Assembly: GCA_030390025.1 (NCBI GenBank)
Contig: CM059433.1
Coordinates: 65,534,001 to 65,598,000, forward strand
From: Squalus acanthias
Lineage: Eukaryota
DNA length: 64,000 nucleotides
Direction: 5' to 3'
In this document: in pieces, positions 1 to 64,000 of the stretch
Numbering within the stretch: position 1 is the stretch's first letter
Layout of the letters: each line of letters begins with the position of its first letter
Notes under the pieces: generated by a model
What the model saw: only the letters and a program-made list of their open reading frames with translations
Told to the model about the DNA's origin: nothing
The model's database searches: none
Program-made: the position numbers and the translations under genes

Positions 1-1393
1 AGATGGAATAGCTTCAAATGCATCATTGTTTCTTTACCAGGAATCTTGCAGAAATCTTGTATCTGTAGCTTCACAGTAGCTTGATTTGTCTGGTGTTGGC
101 AAATCTTATTTTTGGGCCAACAGCAGCAGTTGTACCTAAAGGATGCTTTAGGGCACAGTCAGCAACCTCACCATTTGCAGTTTAACACAGCCAAACAATT
201 TTATCCTCATAGTTAATACAGAATAGCAGTATTCAGGCCAAGAGGTTCCCCAGCTATTGAACAGACTGTAAAAGATGGTAACACTTCTAGTACAACAGTA
301 CAAAGATTTCATCAGTGTTCCTTGGGCCACCTAGGCTATAGCTTAAAACGGTCAAAACCAAATCTGCGCCCTGAACTTAAACTTGCACAGTCCTAAGGCA
401 AAGCTACTAGGATTTCTGTAACTATACTGTGAACACAAGTATTTTTATAGGCGGTCAACGAAGTATTCCCTAAAACTTTAATATATAAAATAGAATATTC
501 TGTAGGAGTGGTTTTCATTTTGAAATGCAACAAATACAACAAGGGGATATCTTTAAAAGGGAGACTGATGTGTTAGTTTGGACAGATTTAAAGCACTATG
601 GTCTGAAAATTACTGTGTGATGTTCTCATATGTGCACTTATTGCGTACGTATCAAATTCCTATTTCCATTATTTGAACAGATGCAACACAAATAAACAGT
701 TACATGCCTCCATTCAAATAACAGAAAAATTTGATATCAGCACAAAAAATTTTCAGTCTTAAATGTTACTTGCAATCATAAAGCAATTTCAAATACAATT
801 GTGCTTTTTAAACTTTATCACTGAACACAACAGCTTTCTGTTGTTACTGTGAATCCTGGCTACAGTTTTAAGGATTAATATGTAAATTGTTAAGAACAAG
901 TTGCCTTAGACACATGAAAAAACATTTGCTGAATGTTTGAAGAATCACAAAGACCTGAGTAATTCACTACTTTAGAGGCTAAGGCACTTGCACCTCTAAG
1001 CCACAAACCTGGGTATTTTTGGAAAAGCTGAGATAGACTTAGCCCAGTGAAACATGTTCATGAAGTAACAGAGCAGCAATAATATTCATGCATAAAGCCG
1101 TCTGCCTTCTGTTCTCAGTGAATAGATGATGAATAGGGAGTGTTTTTCAAGAGGTCAGCACCTGAGCAAAAAAATGACTGCTGATCTAACTTAAGGCAGC
1201 AAATCCATGGAATGAAATTCATGTTGTAAATTGTGACATTTTAAAATGATAGCCTAGATAGCCCAAATATTGCCATCTCTTTAAAGTCATGGTCACCAAT
1301 AAAGCTACCACAAATTTTATGAGCAGTAAGTATTTTTTTTAATTTGCTCTTAAATGCCGTCCCTTTTCTTGCTGTCTCAGTTGATTTGTGGTT

Positions 1394-62042
<60,649 letters not shown>

Positions 62043-62281
62043 CTGAATATAGTAAGAAAAGAAACAAAAAGTTAGATCATCAATAGAGGACAAATTATAT
62101 TAGTTTCTTGGAATTCTGTTGCATACCTAGATACAAGGCCACAAATCAGCATAATAAATTATCTTCAAGTTCTCACTTCAGAGGCCTTCAGCTTCAGGCA
62201 ATGAACACCTGTGCAACTGATAAAGACCTCTGCAACAATCATCACTTCTTGCCCAACTGAACAGGTATGCTTATACACATA

Positions 62282-63163
62282 GGGGGAAAAATTCAGTTGG
62301 TTGCGCCTCCCGTTAGCGCCTTAAGAGGGCGCTAATGGGGCGCAAAGCAGCTAGCGCCCAGGCGCGGCGAAGTTTGCGCCGCTCGCAAAATTAACTAGAC
62401 ATTTTGCGGCGGCGCTAAACACTACCACCACGATCTCCTGCGCTGGCAGATCGTGACATCAGTCGAGTGCGCAACGCCCCGGAGCGGATATTGAGTGGCG
62501 CCCCCTGCCTTACTGCCTGACGCTAGCAACGACAGGTTGAGGGGAGCGTTCTGCAGTCATGAAGGGAAAGGGGGAGCGCTATTTAAAGGTGACCGCTTCC
62601 TGCCTTTTATTGTTGGTGCCATTTTTGAACTACGCATTCTGAGAGAGAGAAAGAGAGACTTCTGGAGAGATTCAACGTTGTGTGAAGGAGTTTTGGGTAC
62701 TGAGCAGCACTTTGCAGGTTCATTTTGATTTGCCATTCCTTGTATCGATTCACAAGAGACTGTGGGGGCTGCACTCTGAGCTCTTTGCCTGGTACTCTCC
62801 ATTGTTCGTTCCAGCAGATTTGATGTGCAGGTCTCTCCAGGCCGAGATTCAAGGCTGCAATGAGCAGGATGTGGATGGAAAGCAAGATTAACCATCCCCT
62901 TTAAGAACTGGCCCGCGCCATTGTGTGTGTGTTCCATTGCTGACTGACATCACATGAGCTTCGCTAGCGCTCTGAGGTAGCGCCTCGCTCTTCGGCCTTT
63001 GCGCCTTAAGACAGGTGTGAAGCGCCTGATTTAGCGCTCCAATCACCTCCAGGGGCGATAAAAGTCAAGTTTGCAGTCGGTGGCGATAATTAGCGCCAGG
63101 CGCTAATCTTTGCGCCCGGCCGATAATTGCGCCCCAAATGGGGCGATACTGAATTTCTCCCCC
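62282..63163. mobile_element. PIF/Harbinger-type non-autonomous element, 882 bp
   Basis: TIR GGGGGAAAAATTCAGT / ACTGAATTTCTCCCCC; 3-bp TSD ATA; many subterminal GGCGC/TAGCGCC repeats. Confidence 0.85.
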
Positions 63164-63299
63164 ATAGAATGGGCAAAAAAAAAAACAGGCACACAACCAC
63201 ACTTAGCAGATGATTCAAGAATTCATCTCAATGGTACACCTTACAAGTCTCCCAATCCAATCGTGATGATGCTCAATCACCTGTGCTGATGTTGAGGGG

Positions 63300-64000
63300 T
63301 TACAGTTATAAAGAGAGACTTAAGAAGTTTGGGCTTTTTTCATTAAATTTTAAACAGTTAAGGGTGACCTGATAGAGATCTTCAAGATCTTGTGATAAGG
63401 TGAATAATAACAGATTGTTTCCACTGGTCAGCAACATGGTAATAAGAGGGCACAATTTTATGATAACAAAGAGAATTGGGGAAGTGGGGGCAGAAATAAA
63501 CTTCTTTACACAGGAGGGTGGTTAAGAATGTGGAATGCTCTGCGACAAATCAGCAGAATCCATAAATAATTTTTATAAAAGGAAATCATAATTGCTTAAA
63601 AAGTGGATTATGAAAAAAAAGTATGGAGAGTGAGCAGGACAGTGCGTTTAGACTAGATGACCTATGCAGAGTTGATGGGCTGACCAGCCTGTTGCTATGC
63701 TATGACTGTACTGGTTCTCAACTCCCAACACTGCAGGCAAAGCTCTCGACCGCAATGCTCCATTGCCCCGTCACAGATGATTCTAGATCCTTCAGGGTAA
63801 CTTATAAAAGATACAATCCCAATCTCAAACCTGCAACCACCACATTTAAGGAGATATTTCATAACTCTCAGCAAAGATATATTCCAGTGAGAAAGAAAGA
63901 CTCTTAAGAGAAGGATGAACCATCCGTGGCTAACTAAGGAAGTAAAGAATGGTATCAAATTGAAAACAAAAGCATACAATGTTGCAAAGAATAGTGAAAG
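63300..64000 (+). mobile_element. Two CR1 fragments (old 3' end to about 63705; ORF2 mid-fragment from about 63770 to the edge)
   Basis: LRGDLIEIFK, FTQ..V..WNAL; then FKEIFHNSQQRYIP...HPWLTKEV. Confidence 0.75.

Noticed and set aside
1338-1343. ATTAAA on the minus strand 51 nt after the CAD stop as polyadenylation signal
   Set aside because: AT-rich context makes chance matches likely, and no canonical AATAAA was seen on that strand in 1-1393. It needs 3'-end data.

Overview
Eukaryotic (vertebrate) genomic DNA, almost certainly a cartilaginous fish/shark (HE1-like V-SINE, SacSINE1-like Deu-SINE, shark-type CR1/L2/Penelope repeats). The window is occupied by the minus-strand CAD gene (glutamine amidotransferase end, CPSase, dihydroorotase, aspartate transcarbamylase). 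I reconstructed 37 phase-consistent coding exons by hand (62042 down to the TGA at 1394-1396; 5731 nt, equivalent to human exons 8-44); exons 1-7 lie beyond the right edge. All catalytic motifs are intact and one intron is GC-AG. Introns hold CR1, L2, Penelope and Gypsy remnants, SINEs, Harbinger-, hAT- and Tc1/pogo-type MITEs, and two N gaps. Two features are not explained by the ORF track or ordinary repeats. (1) In intron 14 a hAT-type left end is followed by cargo resembling a captured host promoter plus the first 36 codons of an RBM4-like gene (Pack-TIR-like capture). (2) In intron 37 there is an inverted, about 79% identical relic of CAD's own exon 39 that could pair with that exon in the pre-mRNA. 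Comparisons to human proteins and repeat families are from memory, not database searches.
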